From contig CM074810.1 in the NCBI GenBank assembly GCA_037447605.1, positions 3,382,880 to 3,446,879 on the forward strand: 64,000 nt of DNA, given 5' to 3'. The notes under the pieces are model-generated. The model was not told where the DNA came from and did not search any database. It was given only the letters and a program-made list of their open reading frames with translations. The position numbers and the translations under genes are program-made. Below, in pieces: positions 16,401 to 27,900 of this stretch. This stretch comes from Zygnema circumcarinatum SAG 698-1b (lineage: Eukaryota; Plantae; Zygnematophyceae). Each line of letters starts with the position of its first letter. The stretch's first letter is position 1.

Positions 16401-18459
16401 AACATTGACGAGCATGGGAGTGAGGGTCTCTTGATTCGATTGAGCTTTGAGATCTGCGTAAAACCGGGTTCCACTAAAATGATTTACAACTTGTTCAGCC
16501 TTTGCTTTGTTTCATAAGGTTTTTAGTTACATTTGAAGAATGATACTGCACCCCCTATGTTGGATATCCCACCCCCCCTTTTTAAAAAAATACCCTCCCA
16601 TTTTGGTCATCCNNNNNNNNNNCCCCCCCCCCCCCCCCCCCGCCTGTTTTGGATGTTTCACCTCCCCATTTTGGATATCCCACCCCCTTGTTTTCTCCTT
16701 TCTCCTTTTTGGGTTGGACTTAACACATGGTCAAATCAATTTAGTAAGCCTGTTCTTTGTTTTAGGCTGAACCAACTGGAACTATCTGGTATGCTCCCGT
16801 ACCCAGGGAACATAAACAAAAGAAAAGGGGATTTGAATTGGTGTGACAATGGTGAGGCCATCAAATGAACATGGACGAAGTCAACATGGAGAACCACGAG
16901 GAACTGGTCGCAAAAGACCTAAGCACAAAATAAAAAAAACTAAAATAAAAACTAAACTAAACTAGGCCTAAGCGCAAAAACGCAGCCCTAAAAGCAGCCG
17001 CAAAGGTCACCAATGAGGGGCAACCGATTTCCAAATGAGCAAAAGAACAAATAAACGGACAAAAAAGTTCGGTAGGAAAGGGGTTGTGCTTACAGATAAG
17101 TTAGCTTTGTCAAATTTCCGATGTATTTCGGTATACTTCCCTGTATTCCCACATTGTAAAAAACCCTGCGAAAAAAAAAAAAAAAAAAAAAACATAAATT
17201 GGTCAACTTAAAATGAACTCCTCAAACTCCAAATGGGCCTCAGAACCTGAACCCTTCAAAAAACGAATCCACGAGGAAGTCAAAAAAGCCTATTGAGGAC
17301 CCTGAACCCTAAAGCACATTCAACTTGTGGTTAACCAATACTTGACCACCTGACGGCTGTGTGCGTGACATGAGTCACGCATGAAATCTGGGTCAAACAT
17401 CAAGTCAACGCGCAGCTTGGTAGGAATCGATGAATAGAAAAGCTTCAGGCATGCATGGACCGCCCGCATGGTAGAAACTGCTGAACCCTAAACTCCAGAA
17501 ACACAAAACCTAGAAGTTCATACCTTAAAAAGAAATGGGTTTTATGGCTTGTGTGCAACTCACAGCGTCTCCAAATATTTGAGCTCCGTCACATACGGGG
17601 AAAGAGTTCCGTTTTTAGAGATTGGAAAGGAAAACAAATCAAACGTGGGGTCGATCTTGCCATCGGCGGAGTTAAGGGTCTGCGCGAGGAGGATGCTGCG
17701 CACGTGTGAACTCCACCAACAAAAAGTGGAGTTAGGAGAAGGGAATAGGTCACGGCCACTCGTGCCTTTCTGAATGTTTACTTGGTATGCGCTTATGTAT
17801 GTGTCTATGTATGTGTCTACGTAGGTGTCGACGTATGTATCTATGTATATGCTTATGCATGTGTCTATGTATGAGTCTAGGTATGTGTCCATGTATGTGC
17901 TATGTATGTGCTATGCATGTGTCTATGTATGAGTCTACGAATGTGTCTATGTATGTGCTATGTATGTGCTATGCATATGTTTATGTATGAGTCTACGTAT
18001 GTGTCGATGTGTGTGTCTATGTATGTGCTTTTGTATGTCTCTATGTAGGTGCTTATGCATGTCTCTATGTGTGCCTGCAGGAGGGAGCGACTGACAGCGC
18101 CTTGACGTTGCCCTTGGAGTCGCAGGCGACGCCCCGCCACGCGCTGCAGTCGCTGCCGCGCCGCCACGACGCGAGCACCGTCGAGTTCGCGAGCCGCAGG
18201 GCCGTCCGTACCTTCAGCAGCGCGCCTGCACGCACCCATACATCCATGCATGCGTCCAAGGTCAAGGCAGCGCATGCATGCATGCATGCATGCGTCGGCA
18301 CATCTCCTCATTCTGAGTGAGGTGCATGCATGCCCGGCTGAAGCGGCACTCACTCTCCTGCACGGCCTTCACACGTGCGGCATCGCCAGAGGCGGCAAAA
18401 AAGAGGAGGAGAGCGACGACGACGGCGGCGCAGAGCCGCGGAGGGGCGCGCGGGAGCAT
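13026..18459 (-). CDS. Secreted LRR protein with C-terminal EGF-like Cys module and short poly-Pro tail, no TM or kinase
   Basis: Exons 18459-18354 (signal peptide MLPRAPPRLCAAVVVALLLFFAASGDA), 18225-18096 (LRRNT: SWRRGSDCSAWRGVACD), 17695-17564, LRR exons 16253-16179, 15598-15527, 15032-14961, 14576-14514, 14245-14183, then 13728-13418 (2 LRR + CKAFCN..PCGPYGVC..CACKKGY..TC) and 13054-13026 (GNAPPPPPP*). All junctions are GT-AG and in frame. Confidence 0.85.
15915..16050 (+). repeat. (TCACG)n pentamer array in an LRR-EGF intron
   Basis: GTCACGTCACACGTCACGTCACGTCACG... in two blocks. Confidence 0.85.
16850..17010 (-). repeat. Repeat family A copy in an intron of the LRR-EGF gene
   Basis: GCCATCAAATGAACATGGACGAAGTCAACATGGAGAACCACGAGGAACTGGTCGCAAAAGACCTAAGCACAAAA aligns with 19735-19808. 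Confidence 0.8.
17775..18072 (+). repeat. (TATG/TGTG)n low-complexity intronic repeat
   Basis: Read directly, LRR-EGF intron 2. Confidence 0.9.
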
Positions 18460-19581
18460 GGCGCGGGGTGAGGGAGGGAGAGGGAGGAGAGGGAGGGAGA
18501 GAGGGAGAGGAGAGGGAGGGGGAGAAAGAGGGGGAGAGAGAGGAAGAGAGAGAGTGAGAGGGTGAGGGGGGGAGGAGGGAGAGTAGAGAGAGGTGGCGGC
18601 AGTTGCCGAGCGAGCGGTTGGCCGCTGATAAGGCGTCGGCCGGCGATGCGAAGGAACCAATCGGAGGACCCTCCTCCTCTCGCACTTGTCAAACTATATG
18701 CCCATTGGTCCTTCGCGTGCCGACAAAAATGCCGTCAGTAGTGTGACGACATCTACGTTGACATGACGTCAGTCCGACGGTTCAGAAGCGAGACTCACAC
18801 GTGCGGGTCTTGTTGAGGGTCGGTACGCGCCCCCTGGCGCTAGACCAAATGATATGTTTGGTTGAGGGTTTAGGGTTTAAGCGTCGAGGGTTTCAGACCG
18901 CTCTCGCCCGTGGGGCCCACGCCTCCGGTCAAAGTCAAACAGCGGGAACGTGCCACGACGTCACATGCTGCACAAATCGCGTAGCATGTGCAGACCAACG
19001 ACATTTTGAACTGCGCTTGAGCAAGGATCGCCGCTTTCCATGTAAGTCCTGCGCAACAGGCGAACAAACTGTGAACGCTAGCAGTAGAACTACTGAGTTA
19101 TTCACATGGATACAGTTAGCTCTAGAGGTTCCGTGTGACCATTCCAGTTCGATATTTTGTCGTGTAGTTAAGTACGTCTTGGATGCGAATCGTCCAGCAC
19201 GTGTTGGCTTTGTCACGTCGCATATCACGTCACTACAAAAGACAGGGACCTAAAATCCTGTACTGAGTGACGTGTCAACTGGGGGAGGCGATATCTGCGG
19301 GCGGTGTTATCCCCCGCTCGTACGAAAGTTGGACCTGAATTGGAACCATATCTAGGCCAGGTACAGACACTGGATATTCCACGTGGCATATCCTCATTGG
19401 ACCATGGACGGAACAAAAAAAAAAAGTTGGCTCGGCAGGAAAAGCGGCTTCGCCAGCCGTCAATCCGTACAACTCTAACCGTCACTTTATGTTGTGTTGA
19501 TGTTTATGCTTCGCCGCGGCTTTGAGAGAGGGCTTGAAGCGTTGTTGAGCTTTTGCGTAGTTTTCAGCTCCTAGCTTTTTT

Positions 19582-19809
19582 CTTTTGTGCTTAGGTCCTT
19601 TGCTGCCAGTTCCTCGTGGTTCCCCATGCTGCTGTTGTCCATGTACATTGGATGGCATCATTGCCATCGTGAGGTCAATGCCACATCCTTTGAAGGTGAA
19701 AGGGATGTGGCATTGATCTCAGGTTGGCGACGATGCCATCAAATGTACATGGACAACATCAGCATGGGGAACGACGAGGAACTGGGCGCAAAGGACCTAC
19801 GCACAAAAG
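19582..19809. repeat. 228-nt foldback made of two head-to-head copies of dispersed repeat family A
   Basis: 19582-19691 aligns without gaps to the reverse complement of 19700-19809 with 12 mismatches in 110 nt; loop about 8 nt. Confidence 0.9.
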
Positions 19810-20830
19810 GAGGCCACAAACTTTGCATTGTGATTTATTGCTTGCTGACGTCATTTTCAGCTGTTCTTCGTACAACGACCCTGCATGTTCTCGTACGAAC
19901 ATGTACGGCCTTACTTTTCGTACTGTCTTCGTACAGTACCTTTCGGCATTCCGCTGCCCGCTGGACCCGTCCAACGGGGACAGGGACCGGGACCACGTCG
20001 CGTCCATATCTGCCACGTGGTGGCCTTACCGCCCTCGATCCATCGCACGTGCGAGCGTGGTCGGCACTGCGCCGCGGGAGGGCGGGTTGCCGGCCTACGC
20101 GTGCAAACAGGTGCCGTTCGTACGAACATTGTACGAGTATTGTACGAAAACTGTACGAAGAGTGTACGAACAGCGTACGAACACCACGTGGCGTCCCATG
20201 GAACCTTATCGCCCAATCATGGGCGGTGGAAACGGCCGGATCGTGTCGCCCGGCTGGATCTGACGTGGCATGACGCGGGCCGGCTGCCGGCCACGGGATT
20301 CAATTTTTTCCTGCCCGTTTTCTGGCTGCCCGAATTGTCTGACCGGGCAGTGGACTTTTTCCGTAGCTGTGGACGTCGTACTTATCGACACGAGGGCACG
20401 ATCCGGGCAGCGTATGAATTTAATTTTCAGCTGCCCGTCGAGAACTTCTGGGAGATTCTGAGGCCTTTCGTCCACGACGGCAGCGGCGCAGTTGCGTTCA
20501 CACTTGAACGACAATTTATTTATCTTGTTCGGACGAGAACGACAATTGTTTCAATGTGTTCACACGTTTGTTTTTGAACGACGTTTTGAATATTTGAAGC
20601 TGTCCGTTCCAAAGCTCCACATCAAGACCTGCCATTACATAGGACGCAATCTCCTCAGCAGGTCTGGAAGGACCGTTTCGCTCAATTCCTCTTTAAAGTT
20701 TGAACAGCAACAATCATCTGCATATCTGCAAGAAAAGAGAGAAGAGATTTCTGCCTGTGTGGAGGAGCATACATCGGATATTGACCCGACAATCTGCTGA
20801 AGAAGATCGACATTTGCTGCATCATCTGCC

Positions 20831-21761
20831 ATGGCGGTGAAGGCTCTCACTCCTTTGTCAGCGCTCAATCCCAACGCTCCGCAGTTTGTGCCTGCGGCGT
20901 TTCTCGCGACGGAGGACTTCAGCCCGCAGTGGTGGGCGCTCATCAAGACGGACGCGGCGTTCAGGGACTACTGGCTCAGGGAATGGTTCGTTTCTCTGGA
21001 GGAGGAGGAGGAGACCCGCGGCGGCGCTGAGGATTTGGATGAGTTCAGCGAGTTGGAGGAGTTTCTGGAGATGGAACTTGCGCTGGAAGAAGTGGCGGAA
21101 GAGGAGGCAGTGGCTGCTTTTGAGCCTGCCTATGTGGAACTTGGTAGGTTGGTGGAAGTCCTCAATGGAAGCAGGGAATGATTCAGACGGCGGGGTATCT
21201 GTCATGCTTTCTGTAGAGTGCTTCATCGGTATTTTCCTCCTACTGACAAGTGTTTGAGGCTTTGTGATGAAGTTTGATTTCAGCAAGCGACATTTGAATC
21301 CAGTTTCTTATTGTTTCTCTTTGTTTTGAAAAATTTCCTGACTTGGAGATGTTCTATGTTTCTCCTTCGAAGAGTATTTGGACTGATTGGCACTTTTCTT
21401 CCTCTCCTTCTTCCTTAGCTGGTTGCTGCCTTATGTCTGCCACGTTTTGACTCACGAGCTAAAGGTAGTATCCACTGTATGTATCAATTTCGCTAAGAAT
21501 GGAATGCGGGTGGATAATTAATTGCTGACATTTTCAGTTTATTGTTTTGGTTTGGAGATTGCAGGCGACTTGGTGAGCAATGAGGAGGTGAACGTGGTCG
21601 GCCATCCTGCTAATCTTCAGGATCTTATTCAATTTCAGGATGGAAAAGGGAAGCACTTCGATTTTCATTCCCGTATTCGATTTGACAAACCCAATAAGGT
21701 TCCGAAGTGGCTTCCAAATGTGCAGAAAATGAACTATCGCATCCAGCAGCCACGCGCTTAA
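20831..21761 (+). CDS. ERD15: ERD15/CID1-like PAM2 (PABP-interacting) protein
   Basis: Exon 1 20831-21143: PAM2 [10 protein letters not shown], then [21 protein letters not shown] and an acidic tract. Exon 2 21565-21761 ends RIQQPRA*, matching the ERD15 C-terminal I-x-QPR motif. Confidence 0.9.
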
Positions 21762-22494
21762 ATTTGTATCTGTGTACCCACGTTGTACTGTAGATGTCAT
21801 CTCTTGTACACAGGCGGGCGCTGCTAGGACTGTGTTGAATATATAGTTGTGCTTGCATATTTGTTATCTGCTAGTTCGTTCAACTGTTGTAGATTGCTGG
21901 AAAATATGTGACTGTGAAAAAATGTATGTAGTGTATAGAAAAAGACGTTCTCTGAAAAAGCGCGCCCATCTTTGCAAGGGGATGTGGCAGAAAGAGGTAA
22001 CCTTGCTGTTGTACAGGAAGATCAATTCGGACCAGAAATTTCTTTGGTTTGTCAGAAAGGCCACTCTCTCTTTCTCTCTATCGTGCGGAGCATGTCCTGC
22101 TTTTATGGTAACGTTGTGGCTTTTTTTGTCTGAATGGGCGACTTAACACTTCATGCGTGTTTATTTTGTCCTTGGTGATCCATCTTTTTTCTCTCTCCCT
22201 CTACCTCCTCCCTCCCCTTCCCTCGCCTCTCTCTAAAAACGTTTTTTTTTTCCCAAGGAATGCACTGAATTAACCAGCAGGTGTAGGGCAGGCCATCAAA
22301 GCTGTCTCTTCCGGAAGTTCAAACACCTTCACGCCGACGTCATCCGTTACTTGGGTCCTGTCCGGACCCTCGTAACGCTCTGACAACGAACCGTTCTCTG
22401 CACTTGGTTTCCGTACGGACCAGATTCATCGCATCGTACGAATACCGTTAGGTTGGCATGTATGCATGTACTGTATTGTGGCCGGTGCAGCCAC

Positions 22495-22610
22495 ACATCT
22501 CATCACATGGCATCACATGGCAGCATCACATGGCCATCACATGCCATGACATGGCGGCATCACATGGTCGTCACATGCTATGACATGGCATCACATGGCA
22601 CCGCATGCCA
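22495..22610 (+). repeat. CATCACATGG decamer repeat
   Basis: About 8 degenerate copies between ERD15 and TT9. Confidence 0.8.
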
Positions 22611-22934
22611 TCCTCGTGCATAAGCCACTCCATGACCACACGCGAGTCGTGACACGTCGACCTGAAAGTCCGATCGTACATTGTCAGCGCCCGGAGGTCC
22701 GCCGGTCGGTCGGTCGGCGAAGGGGCAGCCAGTCCGCCGGTCAGGTCCTGAGGCCTCCGCCGGTCAGGTCCTGGGGCCTAGGGCGTAGGCCCTAGGCCCT
22801 GGGGCCGGCAGGGCGAGGTGCCTCGTGCACACTAACCGTGGCTCCACTTGACTCAGGTTTGTTGACCTGACTTCAGTTGACTGACTCCTTGCGATTCATA
22901 CATATGCCGTACATCATGGTGGAAAGAGAGAGAG

Positions 22935-23115
22935 GTGTGGCCTTTTCCCTCACGATGGCGATGATGCCATGAAATGCACATGGACAACATCAGCATGGGG
23001 AAGGAACTACGAGGAACTGGCGCAAAAGACCGAAGCACAGTACAGTATTAGAAAAAAGATTGGAGCTACCCTCTCGGCTCAACACCGCAAGCCCTCCCGC
23101 GAAGCTGCCGCGAAG
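22935..23115 (-). repeat. Repeat family A copy between ERD15 and TT9
   Basis: CTCACGATGGCGATGATGCCATGAAATGCACATGGACAACATCAGCATGGGG..ACGAGGAACTGGCGCAAAAGACCGAAGCACA, followed by CTCAACACCGCAAGCCCTC, which is shared with the reverse complement of 19520-19560. Confidence 0.8.
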
Positions 23116-23660
23116 GTCGCCGATCGATGTGCGGCACATCGTGTGGCCGTCAGGTTTTTGACAGCAAACTGCAGGTTGGCACAGTGACGTCATCAGAGAC
23201 TTACAGCTAAGCACTCGCAAGGTACAGTAGCGTGAAATTGTACCGTACTGTACCATGGAACCGCCGTACGGACATAATAAAATGGAACGATTTTCCGGGC
23301 GGCCGTTTTGTCGCCTTGCCACCTGACAGGGCGCACTTCTGACGTCACCTTTTTTCTGCTGTTAATGCGGTTCTCCTGTCGGCGGAGCGGTAAGCTTGTC
23401 GTTTGGGGCCGTGCAGGCTGGCGGCATGATCTACGGTACCGTTTGATGACGTCATGTCTTGGTGAAAAGTTGCATATGGGCAAAAGGTTTTCGCGGTACG
23501 GACGGAGTGAGGTGTGCGCAGAACGCAGCCACCTCCCGCGGGAGCATGCGGTTATTTAATGACGTCATGACATCGTACCACGTCACAACACATGATATAC
23601 AAAGTATGGGCGCAGCACAAACACAGGAATCAGACAAAGATGGTACCAAAAACCATACGC

Positions 23661-24376
23661 ATATATATGGGGGCGACTATTTACAGTGTACGGATTCTGA
23701 ATGTAGTGTACGATTTCGCCGGGCAGCAAAAAAAAGTTTTTTTGGCGAAAAATGCTGTTTCACACTTTTCAGAATAGATACAGACCTTTTTTCGTCGGAT
23801 GTACGGTTGGTGATTTGAAATATACGAAGCGCGCGCGTCTACAAGGTATAAGGGCGCAACACGTGGAGCGACATGATTGGTCGCGGCAACATATGACGTG
23901 GCAAGTATGTTTGGGACCGTGACGTGACGAAACGAGACGTGAAAAAAGTGGAGTCCGCGGACGGCAGTCGGAAATGGCGGGAATTCAAACTGACAAAAAA
24001 AGATAGGGCACATAACGTAGCGTGTTTCAGGAAAAATCTGTCAGTTTTAATTCCCGCCATTTCCGACTGCCGTCCGCGGACTCCACTTTTTTTGCGTCTC
24101 GTTTCGTCACGTCACGGTTCCAAACATACTTGCCACGTCATATGTTGTCGCGACCAATCATGTCGCTCCACGTGTTGCGCCCTTATACCTTGTAGACGCG
24201 CGCGCTTCGTACATTTCAAATCACCAACCGTACATCCGACGAAAAAGGGTCTATATCTATTCTGAAAAGTGTGAAACAGCATTTTTCGCCAAAAAAAAAC
24301 GTTTTTTTGCTGCCCGTCGAAATCGTACACTACATTCAGAATCCGTACACTGTAAATAGTCGCCCCCCATATATAT
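23661..24376. mobile_element. Non-autonomous foldback/MITE-like element, ~330-bp inverted arms, 43-nt spacer
   Basis: 23669-23995 is the reverse complement of 24039-24368 with roughly ten differences. Termini are GGGGGCGACTATTTACAGTG...CACTGTAAATAGTCGCCCCCC, with ATATATAT directly on both flanks. Confidence 0.85.
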
Positions 24377-24902
24377 TTCTTTATTTTGTTGCTCTGCGTG
24401 CGATGACGTCATCATATGGACGGGAAACACTGTACGGAAACGATCTGCAGAATTGTACGGAAGTGGGTTGCCGAGTGCCGTCACACATGATGGGCCCATG
24501 CCATGCCATATGGCATGGTCAGACGTCCTGCGCATGCAGGGGACCATGGGAGCCCATTAGGGTTTGCTCCAAGCGCTGGCGCAGGGACCTGCCAGAAGGG
24601 GAAGAGGGAGGTTGGGGCAAGAGAGTAGTGGGAGAGGGAGAGAGCGATAGAGACAGAGAGAGAGACACCGGGAGAGAGAGAGAGAGGGGTGTGTGCGGAG
24701 AGAACGAGTAGAGTATGTACAGGATGGGAGAGGAGAGAGCCGAGGGACGGGAGAGGGAGAGGGAGAGGTCAGGGGAGGGAGAAAAAGGCAGGAATGATTC
24801 ATGGTGAGGCTGCTCTACGTTTTTCGTGAATCAAGCTTTCTATAGAAGGAGAGGCAATCCTGAGGCGGCTCTCCAGCTGTCTCCAGCTGCCCTTTTTGCA
24901 AG

Positions 24903-27900
24903 ATGTGGAGCCTATTCAAGGCTCGAGAGCGCTTCTCTTTGGATGAGCTTAAGTGAGTGGAAACGAAACGGTGATCATTACCTGTAAAATTATCATATTT
25001 ATTTATTTCTTTTCTTACGGTTTCTTTTGATCCGAGAGAGGAGGAGAGGGGAATGATAACTGGCATCCTATGGCTGCTTCTGCTTCTCCAGGCATTTGAA
25101 TGATCAACTGCACAAGTATCCTGTTATCAATAACACCAATAAGGTATCTCGAGCCTCTCCATACCTCTGCATTTCAATGTTGCTGCAACGGCTGCTGCTT
25201 ATGCATTGCTTTCCCTTCCATGTGCACCTTTTGGGCTTATTCTATTTGTTTCTATGCAGTTAGGGTTTCCTTCTTGAGCTGATTCGCACTTGCGAAACTG
25301 CAGGATGTTGTGGTGGAGACTCTCCGGTCTATTGCGGAGCTCATGATATGGGGGGATCAGCATGACCAGCAGTTTTTTGAGTATTTCCAATCATTCTTAC
25401 TTTTTTTTTAATCGCAGATTATTGGTTTCTGCAAATATTCTACACCTGACGAGTTTTTCATATTTTTATGTGCTGTAAATTTTACATGTAGCGGACACAA
25501 AGGGCTACAGAAAGGGAGGCTGAAAGCCATGATGTCTGAAGAAGCTGAAAATTATTCTTTTCCTTCCCCTTTTTTTTTTTGGAGTTACCTTCTGAGTTTG
25601 GCCGTATCGTCTCGCAAATGTAATGAATTAAAGGGCAAGATTTTCATTCCAGGAATACTATCTTATGGCTTTTATGTGGATGCGGGTTTCAGGTATTTTA
25701 TGGACAGCAGAGTGCTGGCTCACTTCATTCGCATTCTGAAGAGCGACGAGAGCACTTCTGGCGGTGTGCCTGTACAGCTGCTGCAGACTCTGAACATCAT
25801 GATTCAAAACCTGCGGAATAAGACGGCAATATGTAAGAGAACGAGAGAGAAGAGGGAGAGAGGGGGGAGAGAGAGGTGGAGAAAAAAAAAAGGGGGCGAG
25901 GGGGAGGGAGAGAGGGAGGGGGAAGCTGCGGAATATGAATATGTAAGTGAACGAGAGAGAAGAGGGAGTGAGAGAGTGGGGCGAGAACGAGAGAGGGGGC
26001 GGGATAGGGGGCGGGAGAGTGAGGGGAGAGAGAGAGGGGAGATAAAGAGAGAGGTGAAAAGAGAGAACGAGAGGCGGCGAGAAAGAGAGAGGGAGAGGGG
26101 GAGGAGGAGGGAGAGATGGGAAAGGAAGTGGGGTTGACCACTTAGTTTGGTTTGCGGATTACATTTACGAAAAGTAAAGCGGACATGTTGTTACCAAACT
26201 AGGAGGCATTTTTAGCTTTGTTAGTGAAGACGAAGGGCTTGAAAGATGTAGTGTTTGGTTCCTCCGCGGAGGTGTAAGGTGGCAGCAGTTAGCATTTACT
26301 GCGTTTGAGTTTGATACTGGGGTTAGACTTTGAATGGGCTAGGGCTAAGGATAGTAGGGCTAGGGTTAAGCTTCACTTAGAGAGAAAAGGGGAATGACGG
26401 AGAGAGAAAATGGGAGGGAACGGGAGGGAGCCTTATGCCAGTTGTCTTTCATGGTCATCTAAGGAAAAATTCCATTCGTCGATTTTTCAGATTACATGTT
26501 CAGCAAGGAGTATATAAACAACATCATCACCTTCCCATTTGACTTCAAGGACGAGGAGCTGCTGGCGTACTATATCTCATTTCTTAGGTTGGAAACCCTT
26601 AATGATTTATGAACCTCTCTCAAATATGCAAGTTAAAGAAGATGCTTCATGCACTCATATGCGAAATGAGAGCGAGCATTTCCTTGTCTCACCTTTTCTT
26701 GCTATTGCTTTTTATTGTAGCGTAAATTAAAACTTTGTATATGAACATGAAACCTGAAGCCTGTATTGGGGCCTCCTGAATAATCCTTATTTTTCTATAT
26801 TCCCAGCTCAGCGTTCCCTAACTGTCCTAGATGTTGCTCGTCTAATGCAGGCGAGGCATCTTGTCTCAACGTAGGACTTCATGCTCTCCATTCATTGAAA
26901 GGAGTCAACAAGTATTTGAATTTGTCATTACTCAGTGCATGTTTTTCTGAGCTTCTTTTTCATTCGGATGGCGGACATGGCTGGCACTTTCAGAATAATT
27001 AGTGTGAAACTTGACAGCGACACTGTCACATGCTTCATCGCGGAGGATGAGGTATGCAATTTTAAATCAACTAGTCGTTGACTGAAGCTAGAAGTGACTA
27101 AAGTTAAAGGTATCCAACTTTCAAGATGAAGGTAACCTCCACTGGGAAATATGCTGAATAGATAAAGTTGGGCTAATTTTGAGTTGCAGATTTCTCCTTG
27201 CCTCATGTTACATACAGTCGTTAAATCGGTTCTTGATACTTCTGTTAGGTCAATATATAAGATCTTCTTTCTGTTATCTCTTTCAGTAACTGGTGAAGTT
27301 CTGTTCTGAGATTCCACACTGAAACTAGCTTTGAAACTTTGTTTTCAGAATGGGTCGAAAAGGTTCCCTCTTTACACGGAGGCTATAAAATTCTTTCATC
27401 ATGAAGAGGGAATGGTGCGAATTGCTGTGAGAACCCTCACTCTGAATGTTTACAACGGTGAGTCCTTTATCCTCGCTCTTGACTCCTACGGATTCGTAGC
27501 ATAGACCCTCTGTCGAATTGAACAGTAGGAGGAATGGAGGTAGATGGGTTTTTGATGTGTATTGGTTCCGAATCTTGCCTAATAGAGAGATTTGTTGAGT
27601 TCAACAACAAGCACCACTAACCTTTCAAAACCATTCTACTGTAACAGTACCGTTGCTAAGGCCAAATCCGTTAAATTTTTGGCAGTTCCACATGACGACG
27701 TGCGGAGTTTTGTAGTGAGTGAAGGGCCCGTCCGTTACTTCGAAGATTTGGCAGTTTTTGTCCGGCAACAGGCATTCAAATTGGATGGGCTTGTGAATGA
27801 TGCCTCCTTGTAAGTGAGATTATTCAAATTTTTAAATGAGGGAAACAATTAAGATGCCGAATGGCCCCACTACATATCCATATAATTAAGTAATATGTAT

